From Candidatus Zixiibacteriota bacterium (GTDB lineage: Bacteria > RBG-13-66-14 > B26-G2 > WVWN01), in contig JASFLY010000003.1 in assembly GCA_050117845.1 (NCBI GenBank), positions 64,001 to 128,000 of the forward strand: a stretch of 64,000 bases of DNA, given 5' to 3'. Shown piece by piece: positions 49,630-58,878 of this stretch. Positions within the stretch are counted from its first letter, which is position 1, and the number at the start of each line of letters is the position of its first letter. A program made the position numbers and the translations under genes. The notes beneath the pieces are model-generated. The model did not search any database and was not told the DNA's origin. It saw only the letters and a program-made list of their open reading frames with translations.

Positions 49630-50148
49630 ATGGCGAATCTCAACGCCAACGTACTCCTTTTGAATGCCAGCTACGAGCCGATGGCGGTCGTAGGCCTCCG
49701 GCGCGCCGTCGGGTTACTATATCTCGATAAGGTAGAGACAATAGAAACAAACGGGATCGTTTTAAGGTCGCCCTCCGCGGAGTTCCCGGCACCTTCGGTT
49801 ATACGTCTGATGCAATACATAAATCCGGCCCGGCGCCGGATTAAATTTAACCGAAAGAACGTATTACGCCGCGACGGGTTCGCTTGCCAGTATTGCGGCC
49901 GGCACACGGCGGACCTCACCATAGACCATATAATACCTATCGCCGTCGGCGGCAAGCACACCTGGGAAAACGTCGTGGCCTCGTGCCAAACCTGCAACAA
50001 CCGCAAGGCCGACCGCACCCCCGAAGAGGCCCGGATGAAACTCCTAACCCGGCCCAAGGAACCGGCCTTCCTTCCCTATCTCCAAAAAATCTACGCCGCC
50101 GACCTGGCCGGCAACGCCCAATGGCGCAAATACCTTTTCCTCGACTGA
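49630..50148 (+). CDS. HNH endonuclease (stand-alone HNH family)
   Basis: VLLLNASYEP, PSVIRL, RDGFACQYCG, LTIDHIIP...GG...WENVVASCQTCNNRK. Confidence 0.93.
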   Translation: MANLNANVLLLNASYEPMAVVGLRRAVGLLYLDKVETIETNGIVLRSPSAEFPAPSVIRLMQYINPARRRIKFNRKNVLRRDGFACQYCGRHTADLTIDHIIPIAVGGKHTWENVVASCQTCNNRKADRTPEEARMKLLTRPKEPAFLPYLQKIYAADLAGNAQWRKYLFLD

Positions 50149-50161
50149 TAGGAGGGACGAG

Positions 50162-50671
50162 ATGCGAAAAGCCGCGTCGGCATCTCTCGCTTTCGTAATA
50201 ATCCTGACGGCTACCCTCGCGTGCGGCCCCTATACTTTCAATCCCAACCTACCGGGCCATATCAAGTCCGTAGCCATCCCGCTGTTTAAAAACCCCCGGA
50301 CCTTCAAATACGGCGCCGAGCGCGTTCTGACGGACGCCGTTATCAACGAATTCGTCGCGGATGGCAGCCTGGACGTCGCCGGCGAGAACGTGGCCGATTC
50401 CAAACTCACGGTCGAAATCGTCAATTATAAGAAAGAGGCGCTGAGTTACGACGTGCAGGAAGTCGTAAAGGAGTACAACCTGGCCGTCGTCATTTCGGCC
50501 ACCTTTACGGACCTGACTACCAACCAGGTCCTGTGGCAGGAACCGTCGCTTTACGAATCGGTTTCTTACTACGCCGTGGGCGGCCGCGCCGAGACCGAGG
50601 ACGAAGCCCTCGACCGCCTGGCCGAGGAACTCGCCCGCAAAATCGTCAACCGCACCCTCCAGGGTTGGTAA
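50162..50671 (+). CDS. lptE: LptE family lipoprotein
   Basis: Lipobox TLACG; IKSVAIPLFKN...LTDAVINEF...LARKIV...W; directly upstream of holA. Confidence 0.8.
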   Translation: MRKAASASLAFVIILTATLACGPYTFNPNLPGHIKSVAIPLFKNPRTFKYGAERVLTDAVINEFVADGSLDVAGENVADSKLTVEIVNYKKEALSYDVQEVVKEYNLAVVISATFTDLTTNQVLWQEPSLYESVSYYAVGGRAETEDEALDRLAEELARKIVNRTLQGW

Positions 50672-50678
50672 TCTCCCG

Positions 50679-51677
50679 GTGAGCGAAGAGCAACTCAAAC
50701 GCCTGGCCGCCGATATAAAAGCGGGCCGGCTACAACCGGTGTATTTGTTCGAGGGGCCGGACGAATATCGCAAACTCAGAGCGCTCGCCGCCCTCCGTCG
50801 CGCCACCGTCGGCGAATCGCCCGACGAGATGGCCTTCGAGCGTTTAGATAACATCTCGGCCTCGGAGTTGTGCGACCGCGCCCACACGGCGCCCTTCTTC
50901 GTCGAACGCCGTCTGTTGGTCGCCACCGGCGTCGAGAAATACGGCGACGCCGACCTGGCCGCGCTGAACTCCTACGTCGCCGAGCCGTCGTCGAGCGCGG
51001 TTGTCGTTTTCTGGGCGACGGGCAAAATGGACCGGCGCAAGAAGACGTACAAATTCTTCGAGAAGCTGGGCGCCTCGTACGAGTTCGGCCACCTCACGGG
51101 GCAGGCCCGTCGGGCCCGCATCCAAAACGAGGCCGGCCGCCTGGAACTCAAGTTGAGCGAGGCCGCGCTCGCCCACCTCGACTTCGCGCTGGGCCCCGAC
51201 CTCTTCACCATAGTCCGCGAGCTGGAGAAACTGGCCGCGTACGCCGACGGCGAGGAGGTCTCGGCCGAAACCGCGGCCGAGGTCGCCGCGGCCAGCCGCC
51301 TCGACAACGTGTACGATATGGTCAAGCACGTCGGCGAGGGGAAGCTTGGTCAGGCGCTGGAGGAACTGCGTCGTCTCCTCCTGTCCGGCGAAAGGCCGGA
51401 GTCGATGATCGGCCTCTTCGCCCGCCAGATCCGTCTCATCTGGCTCGCCCGCTGTTTGCGTGAGGCCGGCCTCCCGCCGAGCGAAATCGCCTCCCACCTC
51501 AAGGTTCCCCCATTTTACGTCGGCGAGTATCTGGAATCCGCGGACAGGTTGGACGACGACCGATTGGCCAAACTCCATCGCCTCCTGGCCGAACTGGACA
51601 CCGGCGTCAAGACCGGCCGTGTCGCGCCCGCGCTGGCCCTGGAACTCTTCGCCGCCGGCGCGGCTACCCGGGATTAA
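50679..51677 (+). CDS. holA: DNA polymerase III subunit delta
   Basis: PVYLFEGPDEY, TAPFFVERRL, ELEKLAAY and LDTGVKTG. Confidence 0.92.
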   Translation: MSEEQLKRLAADIKAGRLQPVYLFEGPDEYRKLRALAALRRATVGESPDEMAFERLDNISASELCDRAHTAPFFVERRLLVATGVEKYGDADLAALNSYVAEPSSSAVVVFWATGKMDRRKKTYKFFEKLGASYEFGHLTGQARRARIQNEAGRLELKLSEAALAHLDFALGPDLFTIVRELEKLAAYADGEEVSAETAAEVAAASRLDNVYDMVKHVGEGKLGQALEELRRLLLSGERPESMIGLFARQIRLIWLARCLREAGLPPSEIASHLKVPPFYVGEYLESADRLDDDRLAKLHRLLAELDTGVKTGRVAPALALELFAAGAATRD

Positions 51678-51718
51678 CCTCCCCCGATATCCGCCCCGTA
51701 TCCCCTCGCCACTCAAAC

Positions 51719-51741
51719 AAAAAAGCCCCCGGAGGGGGCTT
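51719..51741 (-). terminator. Intrinsic terminator for rpsT
   Basis: Minus strand AAGCCCCC-TCC-GGGGGCTTTTTT. Confidence 0.8.
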
Positions 51742-51768
51742 ATTGATTTGCGGAAACTTTTCCGGCCG

Positions 51769-52047
51769 TTATTCCTGTTCGGCCGCCGTCGCCTTATTCA
51801 ACCGACGGGCGAGTCGCGATTTCTTGCGGGCCGCCGTACGCTTGTGCAGGACGCCCTTGCGGGCCGCGACGTCGATGGCTTCCTGCGCTTGCCGGCAAGC
51901 CTCGCGGGCGTTTTCCGGTTCGCCGGATTCCACCGCGACTACTGCCTTCTTGATGGCCGTACGGGTGGCGCCCCGGACCGTCCGGTTACGGTCCCGCCGT
52001 TTTATCGATTGGCGATGTCTTTTCTTGGCGTGTCTTTTCGTACTCAA
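51769..52047 (-). CDS. rpsT: 30S ribosomal protein S20
   Basis: TTG start at 52047 after GGAGG; AKKRHRQSIKRRDRN...IDVAARKGVLHKRTAARKKSRL. Confidence 0.95.
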   Translation of the reverse strand: MSTKRHAKKRHRQSIKRRDRNRTVRGATRTAIKKAVVAVESGEPENAREACRQAQEAIDVAARKGVLHKRTAARKKSRLARRLNKATAAEQE

Positions 52048-52072
52048 GTCGTGCCTCCAGTTTGAAGTGGGG

Positions 52073-52101
52073 ATAATAACAGAACGTCCCGCCGTTGTCA
52101 A
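52073..52101 (-). promoter_or_regulatory. Sigma70-type promoter for rpsT
   Basis: TTGACA-17 nt-TATTAT with a TG extension. Confidence 0.75.
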
Positions 52102-52227
52102 CCCGAAAGTATTATACTCCCCGCCCCTCGTCGGTACTCGCCGCCCCCTATCCAGACGTTTGAAAAATACTTACATATATAATAGTATATACGGAACCGC
52201 TATAGCCGCTTACCCTGGGAGACCTTT

Positions 52228-53040
52228 ATGCTCAAACCCAAAGATATCGACGTGGCCTACCGTTACCTCCGCGGCAAAGTAAGCGCCGATCCCGCCGTCG
52301 CCGTCGTCCTCGGCTCCGGCATCCCCGGCCCGCGCGTCGACGTCGAGGCCGAGGTCGGCTTCGACGAACTACCCTATTGCGCCTCGGCCACGGCCGAGGG
52401 GCACCGAGGCGTTCTGGTTTTCGGCCGCCACGGCGACGTTCCCGTGGTCGTCTCCGAAGGCCGCCTCCACCCGTTCGAGGGGCACCCTCCCGACGTCCTC
52501 GCCCTTCCGGTCCGCCTCTTCGGCCGGCTCGGCTGCCGTACCCTCATCTTGACGGGCGCGGTCGGCGCCCTGCACGCAGGATTCGGCGCGGGAGACGTCG
52601 TCGTCCTCCGCGATCATATAAACTTGCTGAACGCGTCCCCCCTGGCCGGCCCCCACGTCGAGGAGTACGGCCCCCGCTTTGTCGCCACCGCCGACGCCTA
52701 CGACGCCGGCCTCCGGGCCCGGGCGGCCGAGGTCGGCCGGAACTTAAGCCTGGAATTGAAGGAGGCCGTCTACGCCGCGGTCCCGGGACCCCAGTACGAA
52801 ACCGGCGCCGAGGTCCGGGCACTCGCGACGCTCGGCGGCGACGTCGTCGGGATGTCGGTCCCGGGGGAGGTGCTGGTCGCCCGGCAGCTCGGCCTTAGGG
52901 TACTGGCGCTGTGCGCGGTCACGAACGCCGCCGGCGAAGCCGGCGCGAGCCACAGCCACGTACTCGCCGCCGCCGCGGAAACCGGCACGAAAATCAAATC
53001 GCTCGTCGAAGCCCTCCTCCCGACGGTCGCCGCGGAGTGA
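52228..53040 (+). CDS. Purine-nucleoside phosphorylase (PNP I/XapA type)
   Basis: VVLGSG, GHRG, GRLHPFEG, DHINL, GPQYETGAE, VGMS and VTN. Confidence 0.92.
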   Translation: MLKPKDIDVAYRYLRGKVSADPAVAVVLGSGIPGPRVDVEAEVGFDELPYCASATAEGHRGVLVFGRHGDVPVVVSEGRLHPFEGHPPDVLALPVRLFGRLGCRTLILTGAVGALHAGFGAGDVVVLRDHINLLNASPLAGPHVEEYGPRFVATADAYDAGLRARAAEVGRNLSLELKEAVYAAVPGPQYETGAEVRALATLGGDVVGMSVPGEVLVARQLGLRVLALCAVTNAAGEAGASHSHVLAAAAETGTKIKSLVEALLPTVAAE

Positions 53041-53059
53041 TATAATATATGGTGTAAGT

Positions 53060-53743
53060 ATGATACGCGCCGTCATATTCGATCTGGACAACACGCTGAC
53101 CGACTTCATGAAGATGAAGGAGCGGGCCATCGAGGCCGCGGCCGAGGCCATGGTCGACGCCGGCCTGGCCGGTACCGTGGACGAAGTAATAGCCGGCATC
53201 AACGACGTGTACGAGGCCGAGGGCATAGAGTACCAGCGCGTCTTCGACCGCTACCTCATCGAGGCCCACGGCAAACTCGACCCCCGGATCCACGCCGCCG
53301 GCGTCGTCGCCTACCGCCGGGCGCGGGAGGGCACTCTCGCCCTCTACCCCCACGTCCACTCCACGCTGCTGGAGCTGTTGCGTCGGGGCATCAAACTGGG
53401 CGTCCTCTCCGACGCGCCGCGCCTCCAGGCCTGGCTCCGGCTCGCCTACCTCCAGCTCCACAATATCTTCGACGTCGTCGTTACGTACGAGGACACGGGC
53501 GTCCGCAAGCCCGCGCCCGAACCCTTCCTCCTAATACTCGAGGAGCTGGGCGTACGGCCCGAGGAGGCGTTGATGGTCGGCGACTGGCCCGGCCGCGACG
53601 TGGAGGGAGCCCGGGCGCTGGGCATCCGGACCGTGTACGCCCGCTACGGCGACACCAGCGGCGAGAGTTGCCGCGAAACCGACTACACCGTCGACGACGT
53701 GGCGGACGTCATTCGCATCGTCGACGAGTTGAATGCGAAGTAA
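53060..53743 (+). CDS. HAD-IA family hydrolase
   Basis: FDLDNTL, KPAPEPF and MVGDWPGRDVEGA. Confidence 0.93.
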   Translation: MIRAVIFDLDNTLTDFMKMKERAIEAAAEAMVDAGLAGTVDEVIAGINDVYEAEGIEYQRVFDRYLIEAHGKLDPRIHAAGVVAYRRAREGTLALYPHVHSTLLELLRRGIKLGVLSDAPRLQAWLRLAYLQLHNIFDVVVTYEDTGVRKPAPEPFLLILEELGVRPEEALMVGDWPGRDVEGARALGIRTVYARYGDTSGESCRETDYTVDDVADVIRIVDELNAK

Positions 53744-54008
53744 ATTAAATTCGGCTCAGGTCGTACTGGTCGTACTGGTGGCGATGGGCGTCGCCCTCGC
53801 CGGCTACGTCGGCGTCCGGGGGATGATGACCGCCGGGGCGCCGCCGGGCGCCGGCCCCGACGAGGCCGCCCGCAGGGAAGCCTTCGACGAGGCCATGTCC
53901 CGGGGCAACCTCTCCTTCGAGGAGGCGCGCTACTGGCGTCGACTCGAGGAGACGCCGGCGACCGCTTCCCCCTCTCCCTCCGCCCCCCCCGATGAGGCCG
54001 GCCCGTGA
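53733..54008 (+). CDS. Membrane-anchored short ORF carrying the AmrS N-terminal motif (probable split 5' part of the next gene)
   Basis: TM helix, then EEARYWRRLE; GTGA overlap with the downstream radical SAM gene. Confidence 0.6.
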   Translation: MRSKLNSAQVVLVVLVAMGVALAGYVGVRGMMTAGAPPGAGPDEAARREAFDEAMSRGNLSFEEARYWRRLEETPATASPSPSAPPDEAGP

Positions 54009-55021
54009 GCCCCGCCGCCACCGTCGAGTGCGAGCTGTGCCCCCGGCACTGCATCCTCGCCAACTACCAGCGCGGCGACTGCCGCGTCCGCGTCAACGTC
54101 GACGGGACGCTCTACACGCTGGTCTACGGCAAACCCTGCGCGACCCACGTCGACCCCATCGAGAAGAAACCCCTCTTCCACTTCCTCCCCGGCACCGGCA
54201 TCTACTCTATCGCCACCGCCGGCTGCAACCTCCACTGCAAGTACTGCCAGAACTGGGAGATTAGCCAGACCGACCCGGAGGACGCCCGGAACGTCGACCT
54301 GGCGCCCGGGCGCGTCGTGGCCGAGGCCCGGCGCACGGGTTGCCGCTCGGTCGCCTACACCTACTCCGAGCCGATAATATTTTACGAGTACACGATGGAG
54401 GCGTCGCGGCTGGGCCGCGGGCGGGGCCTGCGTAACGTCCTCGTCACCGCCGGCTACATTGAACCCGAGCCCCTGCGCGAACTCTGCCGCGTTACCGACG
54501 CCGCCAACGTCGACCTCAAGTCGCTGTCGGACGACTTCTACCGGGACATATGCGACGGCCGCCTGGCCCCCGTGCTGAAGGCGCTGACCATTTTCCGGGA
54601 GGAGGGCGTCTGGCTCGAGGTGACCAATCTTATTGTACCAGAGCTCAACGACAACCGCGCGGGAATAACGAAGCTGGTGCGCTGGGTGCGCGACAACCTC
54701 GGCCCGGATACGCCGCTGCACTTCTCGCGCTTCTGGCCGATGTACAAGCTGGCCAACCTGCCGCCCACGCCGGTGGCGACGCTCACGATGGCCCGGGACG
54801 TCGCGCTCGAGGAGGGGTTGCGTTACCCGTACGTGGGGAACGTCCCCGGCCACGCGGGCAACAACACGTACTGCCCCGGCTGCGGCGAGGCCGTGGTCGA
54901 GCGGCACGGCTACCAGATCCTGGCGTACCGCCTCGACGGCGACAAATGCCGTAAATGCGGCTCAACGGTGGCGGGCGTGTGGGAGCGGCCGCCGGCGAGC
55001 GATATGGAGTGGGTGTTTTAA
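54005..55021 (+). CDS. amrS: AmmeMemoRadiSam system radical SAM enzyme, second copy
   Basis: CELCPRHC, DPIEKKPLFHF, GCNLHCKYCQNWEISQ, AYTYSEP, HFSRFWP and TYCPGCG. Confidence 0.92.
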   Translation: MSPAATVECELCPRHCILANYQRGDCRVRVNVDGTLYTLVYGKPCATHVDPIEKKPLFHFLPGTGIYSIATAGCNLHCKYCQNWEISQTDPEDARNVDLAPGRVVAEARRTGCRSVAYTYSEPIIFYEYTMEASRLGRGRGLRNVLVTAGYIEPEPLRELCRVTDAANVDLKSLSDDFYRDICDGRLAPVLKALTIFREEGVWLEVTNLIVPELNDNRAGITKLVRWVRDNLGPDTPLHFSRFWPMYKLANLPPTPVATLTMARDVALEEGLRYPYVGNVPGHAGNNTYCPGCGEAVVERHGYQILAYRLDGDKCRKCGSTVAGVWERPPASDMEWVF

Positions 55022-55049
55022 AAGTTAATCGGCTCGGGAAGAATAAGGG

Positions 55050-55568
55050 ATGCTCGGGAAATATACGAACCTGGTAATATTCCTGGCCGCCGGCGGGATT
55101 ACGTTGGTCACGGTCGTCGGCGTTACTTTCGTATTTCCCCCCTCCGGTGACGACTATTTCGGCCGGAGGGAACCGATAATAATAGAAGTCCCGAATTTAC
55201 TCGACGAGGAGCCGCCACCACTTATTTACGTAGACGAAGCGCCCCCACCACCATATCTTCCCCCGCCGCCTACGCGGCAATATGTTTCATTCTTCGATTA
55301 CGATACGGGCCCCGTAATAGTAAAAGAATACCGCCCCGTCTACCCGGACGACGCCAGGAAAAAAGGCATCGAGGGTGACGTGATATTACTCGTATTCATC
55401 GACGAACGCGGGGACGTTAAAAACGTTGTAGTACAATCCTCGCCGGGCTTAAGATCGCTGGAGCGAGCGGCGACAATGGCGGCGTACCGGTGCAAATTCA
55501 AACCCGCGTTACTAGACGGCGAACCTATCGGCGTCTGGTACAGCATCGTGATGCAATTCCGGCTTTGA
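55050..55568 (+). CDS. Energy transducer TonB family protein
   Basis: N-terminal TM, Pro-rich linker, and PVYPDDARKKGIEGDV...IDERGDV...FKPA...F. Confidence 0.9.
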   Translation: MLGKYTNLVIFLAAGGITLVTVVGVTFVFPPSGDDYFGRREPIIIEVPNLLDEEPPPLIYVDEAPPPPYLPPPPTRQYVSFFDYDTGPVIVKEYRPVYPDDARKKGIEGDVILLVFIDERGDVKNVVVQSSPGLRSLERAATMAAYRCKFKPALLDGEPIGVWYSIVMQFRL

Positions 55569-55592
55569 TAGCCGAAAGGCCTGGAGCCCCTC

Positions 55593-55626
55593 CCCCCTTG
55601 CCCTCCTCCCTCGCCTCGGCTATAAT
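55593..55626 (+). promoter_or_regulatory. Sigma70-type promoter, copy 1 of a duplicated cassette
   Basis: CCCCC-TTGCCC-17 nt-TATAAT; 32/34 identical to 62144-62177. Confidence 0.7.
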
Positions 55627-55775
55627 AAAACAATAGAGATGCTTTTCGAGGCGGAGGGCCCGCTATCACCACATCCCGTTATAATTCTATCTCGCTCCCT
55701 ACGCCGACGCGGCCGCTTGCGACGTCGCGCCGGCGCCAAGTGCCGCGGAAAAGCCTCGGGCGAGGAGGTAATTAA

Positions 55776-57059
55776 GTGAAAATCCGATGGTGGTATTTTC
55801 CCGCCGGCCTGGGCGGCGCTGTCGTCGTCGCCTGCATCCTGTTTATTTTCGCCTTTTACCTTTACGCCTACGCGAATATAGTCGCCATGGGTTTCGTCCT
55901 CAAGGGCCACAAACATTACGACAACGGCGAATACGAGGAGGCCGTGAAATGGTACGACCGCGCGCTCAGCCTCAGGCCTTTTATCGCCAGGGGACATTTC
56001 CATTACGATAAAGGCAAAGCGCTCGCCAAACTGGGTAGATATGAAGAAGCGCTCGAGTTATACGACGAAGCCCTGCCTTATTTAAAAGACTCTGATATCG
56101 CGTTTATCGTATACGAGAAACGAGCCGACGCCCTCGCCCACCTGGGCCGGTGGGAGGAAGCGGTTGAGGACTACGGCCACTCCATCGACCGCACGCCCAC
56201 CTCGCGGGCTAACGACCCGTCGTCCGCGGGCGACGCCGAATACGACGAGGAGAACTACGCCAAGGCCATCGCGTATTTCGAGGCCGCGGCCGAAACGGAC
56301 CCGGACGACTCCGCACTTAAATTCAAACTCGGCGTGTCGTGGTTGGCCCTCGGATTCTGCGAGAAGGCGGTTTCTTATTTCGACGACGCCACAGAACTCG
56401 CGCCCGACGACGGGCTGGCCTGGAACTACAAGGCATGGACGCTTGGCCTGACGGGCCGATACGAAACCGCCCTCGAGTGCGCCGACCGAGCCCTGGCCCT
56501 CGACGCGGACGACCCGAACGCGTGGATCACCAAAGGGAAAATCCTAATATTGGCGGGTGACGCCGGGGGCGCCCGCCGATGTTTTGACCGCGGGTCCGCT
56601 CAAGACCCGTCCTCAGCCGAAGCCCTCAGCAGTATGGGTTTGACGTATTTCGTCGAGGCGAAATACGATGAAGCCCGCCCCTACTACGAGCGTTTGACCG
56701 GCCCGGGCGGTTCCCCCTACGGGTTGATATTCCTGTATTTAATCGACCGGGCCGAAGGTAGGCCGGGCGCGGCCCGCCTCCAACCGCTCCTCGATGCCCC
56801 GCCGTACCCCTGGCTCGGGAGGCTATGCCGGTTTTTAAGCGGCGGGATAAGCGCCGACGATTTACTGGCTGCGGCGGAGGGCGACCGAATGTCGACGTGC
56901 GAGGCCCATTTCTTCATAGGTTATATAAACAAACTCGACGGGGACGACGCGGCCGCACGCCGCCATTTCGAGGAAGCCGTGGCAGTGGGGCGGTACGAAC
57001 AAGCCGAATATTCCCTGGCCCGATACGAGCTGGCGCGCACCCGCGGCGCCGGGGAGTAG
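55776..57059 (+). CDS. Membrane-anchored TPR protein with NlpI-like C-terminus
   Basis: GAGGAGG SD, TM and TPRs; ends PW...RFLSGGISADDLL...CEAHFFIG...EYSLARYEL. Confidence 0.85.
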   Translation: MKIRWWYFPAGLGGAVVVACILFIFAFYLYAYANIVAMGFVLKGHKHYDNGEYEEAVKWYDRALSLRPFIARGHFHYDKGKALAKLGRYEEALELYDEALPYLKDSDIAFIVYEKRADALAHLGRWEEAVEDYGHSIDRTPTSRANDPSSAGDAEYDEENYAKAIAYFEAAAETDPDDSALKFKLGVSWLALGFCEKAVSYFDDATELAPDDGLAWNYKAWTLGLTGRYETALECADRALALDADDPNAWITKGKILILAGDAGGARRCFDRGSAQDPSSAEALSSMGLTYFVEAKYDEARPYYERLTGPGGSPYGLIFLYLIDRAEGRPGAARLQPLLDAPPYPWLGRLCRFLSGGISADDLLAAAEGDRMSTCEAHFFIGYINKLDGDDAAARRHFEEAVAVGRYEQAEYSLARYELARTRGAGE

Positions 57060-57095
57060 GGATACGGCCCGGGTGCGAAGCAGAGGAGAAGACTG

Positions 57096-58865
57096 ATGGC
57101 TAGGTTGCGACACGTAGGCATAACGGCGGCGATCGTTGTGGGCGCGGCGGTTTCGTTGGGAGCACTCTACTCTCTAACCCGAGCCGCCGTGGCACGCACG
57201 GTCGATATATGCTGCCGCGCCGGGGCGGGCCATTATGCCAACGCGGAATACGAAGCCAGCCTCAAGTGGTATGAACGCGCGCTGGCGCTCGACCCCACGA
57301 ACGCCGGCGCGTGGACCCGCAAAGGGCGCATCCTGGTGATGTGGGATAAATACCACGAAGCCGTAGAGTGCTACGATCGGGCGCTGGACCTCGACCCCGA
57401 ATACGCGGAAGCGTGGGCTCGCAAGGGTTTCGCCCTAATTCACTTGTCCGAACATGACGAAGCTATGGCGTGTTGCGACCGGGCGCTGGAACTAGAGCCG
57501 TATTGGCCGTTCGCGTGGACCGTCAAGGCCCTTGTCCTTCACGACCTGGGCGAGTACGACGAGGCCCTGGCGTGCTGCGACCGGGCGCTGGCCTTCGACC
57601 CCGAAGACGCGTACACATGGATAAATAAAGGTTACATCCTGAGTGACCTGGAACGATACGAGGAAGCTTTAACGTGCTACGGCCGCGCCGCGGAGCTAGA
57701 ACCCGGAAACGCCGACGCGTGGGAACGCAAAGGTTTCACCTTGAAAATACTAACCAGAGATGAAGAGGCCCTGGCTTGTTACGAACGGGCCTTAGAAATA
57801 AACCCGTACAGCATCAGCGGGTGGGTTCAAAAAGGCGACATCCTGTACTTACTCGGCCGACATAACGAAGCCCGAACGAGCTACGAACGGGCGCTTTTAC
57901 TCGAGCCTAAAGATATACTTTCCTGGGTTCATAGAGGTTCCGCCCTGGCGTCGCTGGGTCGATACGCCGAAGCTATAACCTGCTACGACCGGGCGTTGGA
58001 GCTCGACCCGAGGACCGAAACCGCCTGGGCCGACAAAGGTTCCGCCCTGGCGTCGCTGGGTCGATACGCCGAAGCTATAGCCTGTTACGACCGGGCGTTG
58101 GAACTGGAGCCGAGAGACGAGTTCGCCCGCGTCTGGAAGGGAAGCGCCTTGTATGAATTGGGCGAGTACGCAGGAGCTTTAACGTGTCTCGACAAAACGC
58201 TGGAACGCGACCCTCGACACGGGTACGCGTGGACGTGCAAGGGTGACGTATTGTTCGAATTGGGTAAATTCGGCGAAGCCGTGGCGTGCTACGACCGGGC
58301 GGCGGCCATAGAGGCCGATGCACCCGCGTGGAATTACAAGGGCAAAGTCCTACTTTCGCTGGGCGACGTCGAGGGCGCGCGCGAATGTTTCGGCCGCGCG
58401 CTCGGTCAGGACCCGTCCTCGTCCGGCGCGCTCCTCGGCAAGGGCGTAACGTTTTTCGCCGAGGGTAATTACGACAAAGCCCGAAGCTACTTCGAGGAAA
58501 TAACCCGTCCGGGCCGTCCTCCGTATTACGTACTCTACTTATACTTAATCGATAGGGCTGAAGGTAGGCCGGCCACGGACCGCCTCCAACCCCTCCTCGA
58601 TAACCCGCCCGACCCATGGCTTAAAAAAGTAAGTCAATTCCTCGTCGGCAGTATAACCGCCGAGGATTTACTCGCGGAGGCCCCGACCTACGAGGCGACG
58701 TACTGCTACTCCCATTTCTTCATAGCTTATAAAAACAAATACGACGGCGACGCCGGCGCGGCTCGCCGTCATTTCGGGGAAGCCGTGGGTACGAGGCGCC
58801 ACGACTTGACCGAATATTCCCTGGCTCGATACGAGCTGGAGTACTCGGCCGGCGTCGGGGAATAA
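57096..58865 (+). CDS. Membrane-anchored TPR protein with NlpI-like C-terminus (paralogue)
   Basis: About 12-13 regular AWxxKG...CYDRAL TPRs; C-terminus closely matches the upstream gene. Confidence 0.88.
   Translation: MARLRHVGITAAIVVGAAVSLGALYSLTRAAVARTVDICCRAGAGHYANAEYEASLKWYERALALDPTNAGAWTRKGRILVMWDKYHEAVECYDRALDLDPEYAEAWARKGFALIHLSEHDEAMACCDRALELEPYWPFAWTVKALVLHDLGEYDEALACCDRALAFDPEDAYTWINKGYILSDLERYEEALTCYGRAAELEPGNADAWERKGFTLKILTRDEEALACYERALEINPYSISGWVQKGDILYLLGRHNEARTSYERALLLEPKDILSWVHRGSALASLGRYAEAITCYDRALELDPRTETAWADKGSALASLGRYAEAIACYDRALELEPRDEFARVWKGSALYELGEYAGALTCLDKTLERDPRHGYAWTCKGDVLFELGKFGEAVACYDRAAAIEADAPAWNYKGKVLLSLGDVEGARECFGRALGQDPSSSGALLGKGVTFFAEGNYDKARSYFEEITRPGRPPYYVLYLYLIDRAEGRPATDRLQPLLDNPPDPWLKKVSQFLVGSITAEDLLAEAPTYEATYCYSHFFIAYKNKYDGDAGAARRHFGEAVGTRRHDLTEYSLARYELEYSAGVGE
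57935..58079 (+). repeat. Direct repeat: 43-nt identical block at 102-nt spacing (one TPR unit)
   Basis: AGGTTCCGCCCTGGCGTCGCTGGGTCGATACGCCGAAGCTATA at 57935 and 58037. Confidence 0.9.
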
Positions 58866-58878
58866 GGGAAGGTAACCG

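Noticed and set aside
49630..50148. HNH gene as a mobile or homing element
   Set aside because: No flanking repeats, intron context or transposase; it looks like the common stand-alone HNH family leading a housekeeping unit.
53040..53055. Second NrdR-like box before the HAD hydrolase
   Set aside because: It lacks the conserved G and is explained by local AT-rich sequence.
53983..53990. C8 homopolymer as a phase-variation switch fusing the two AmrS parts
   Set aside because: Shifting into the AmrS frame at this run meets TGA at 53992-53994, so slippage here would not produce a fusion.
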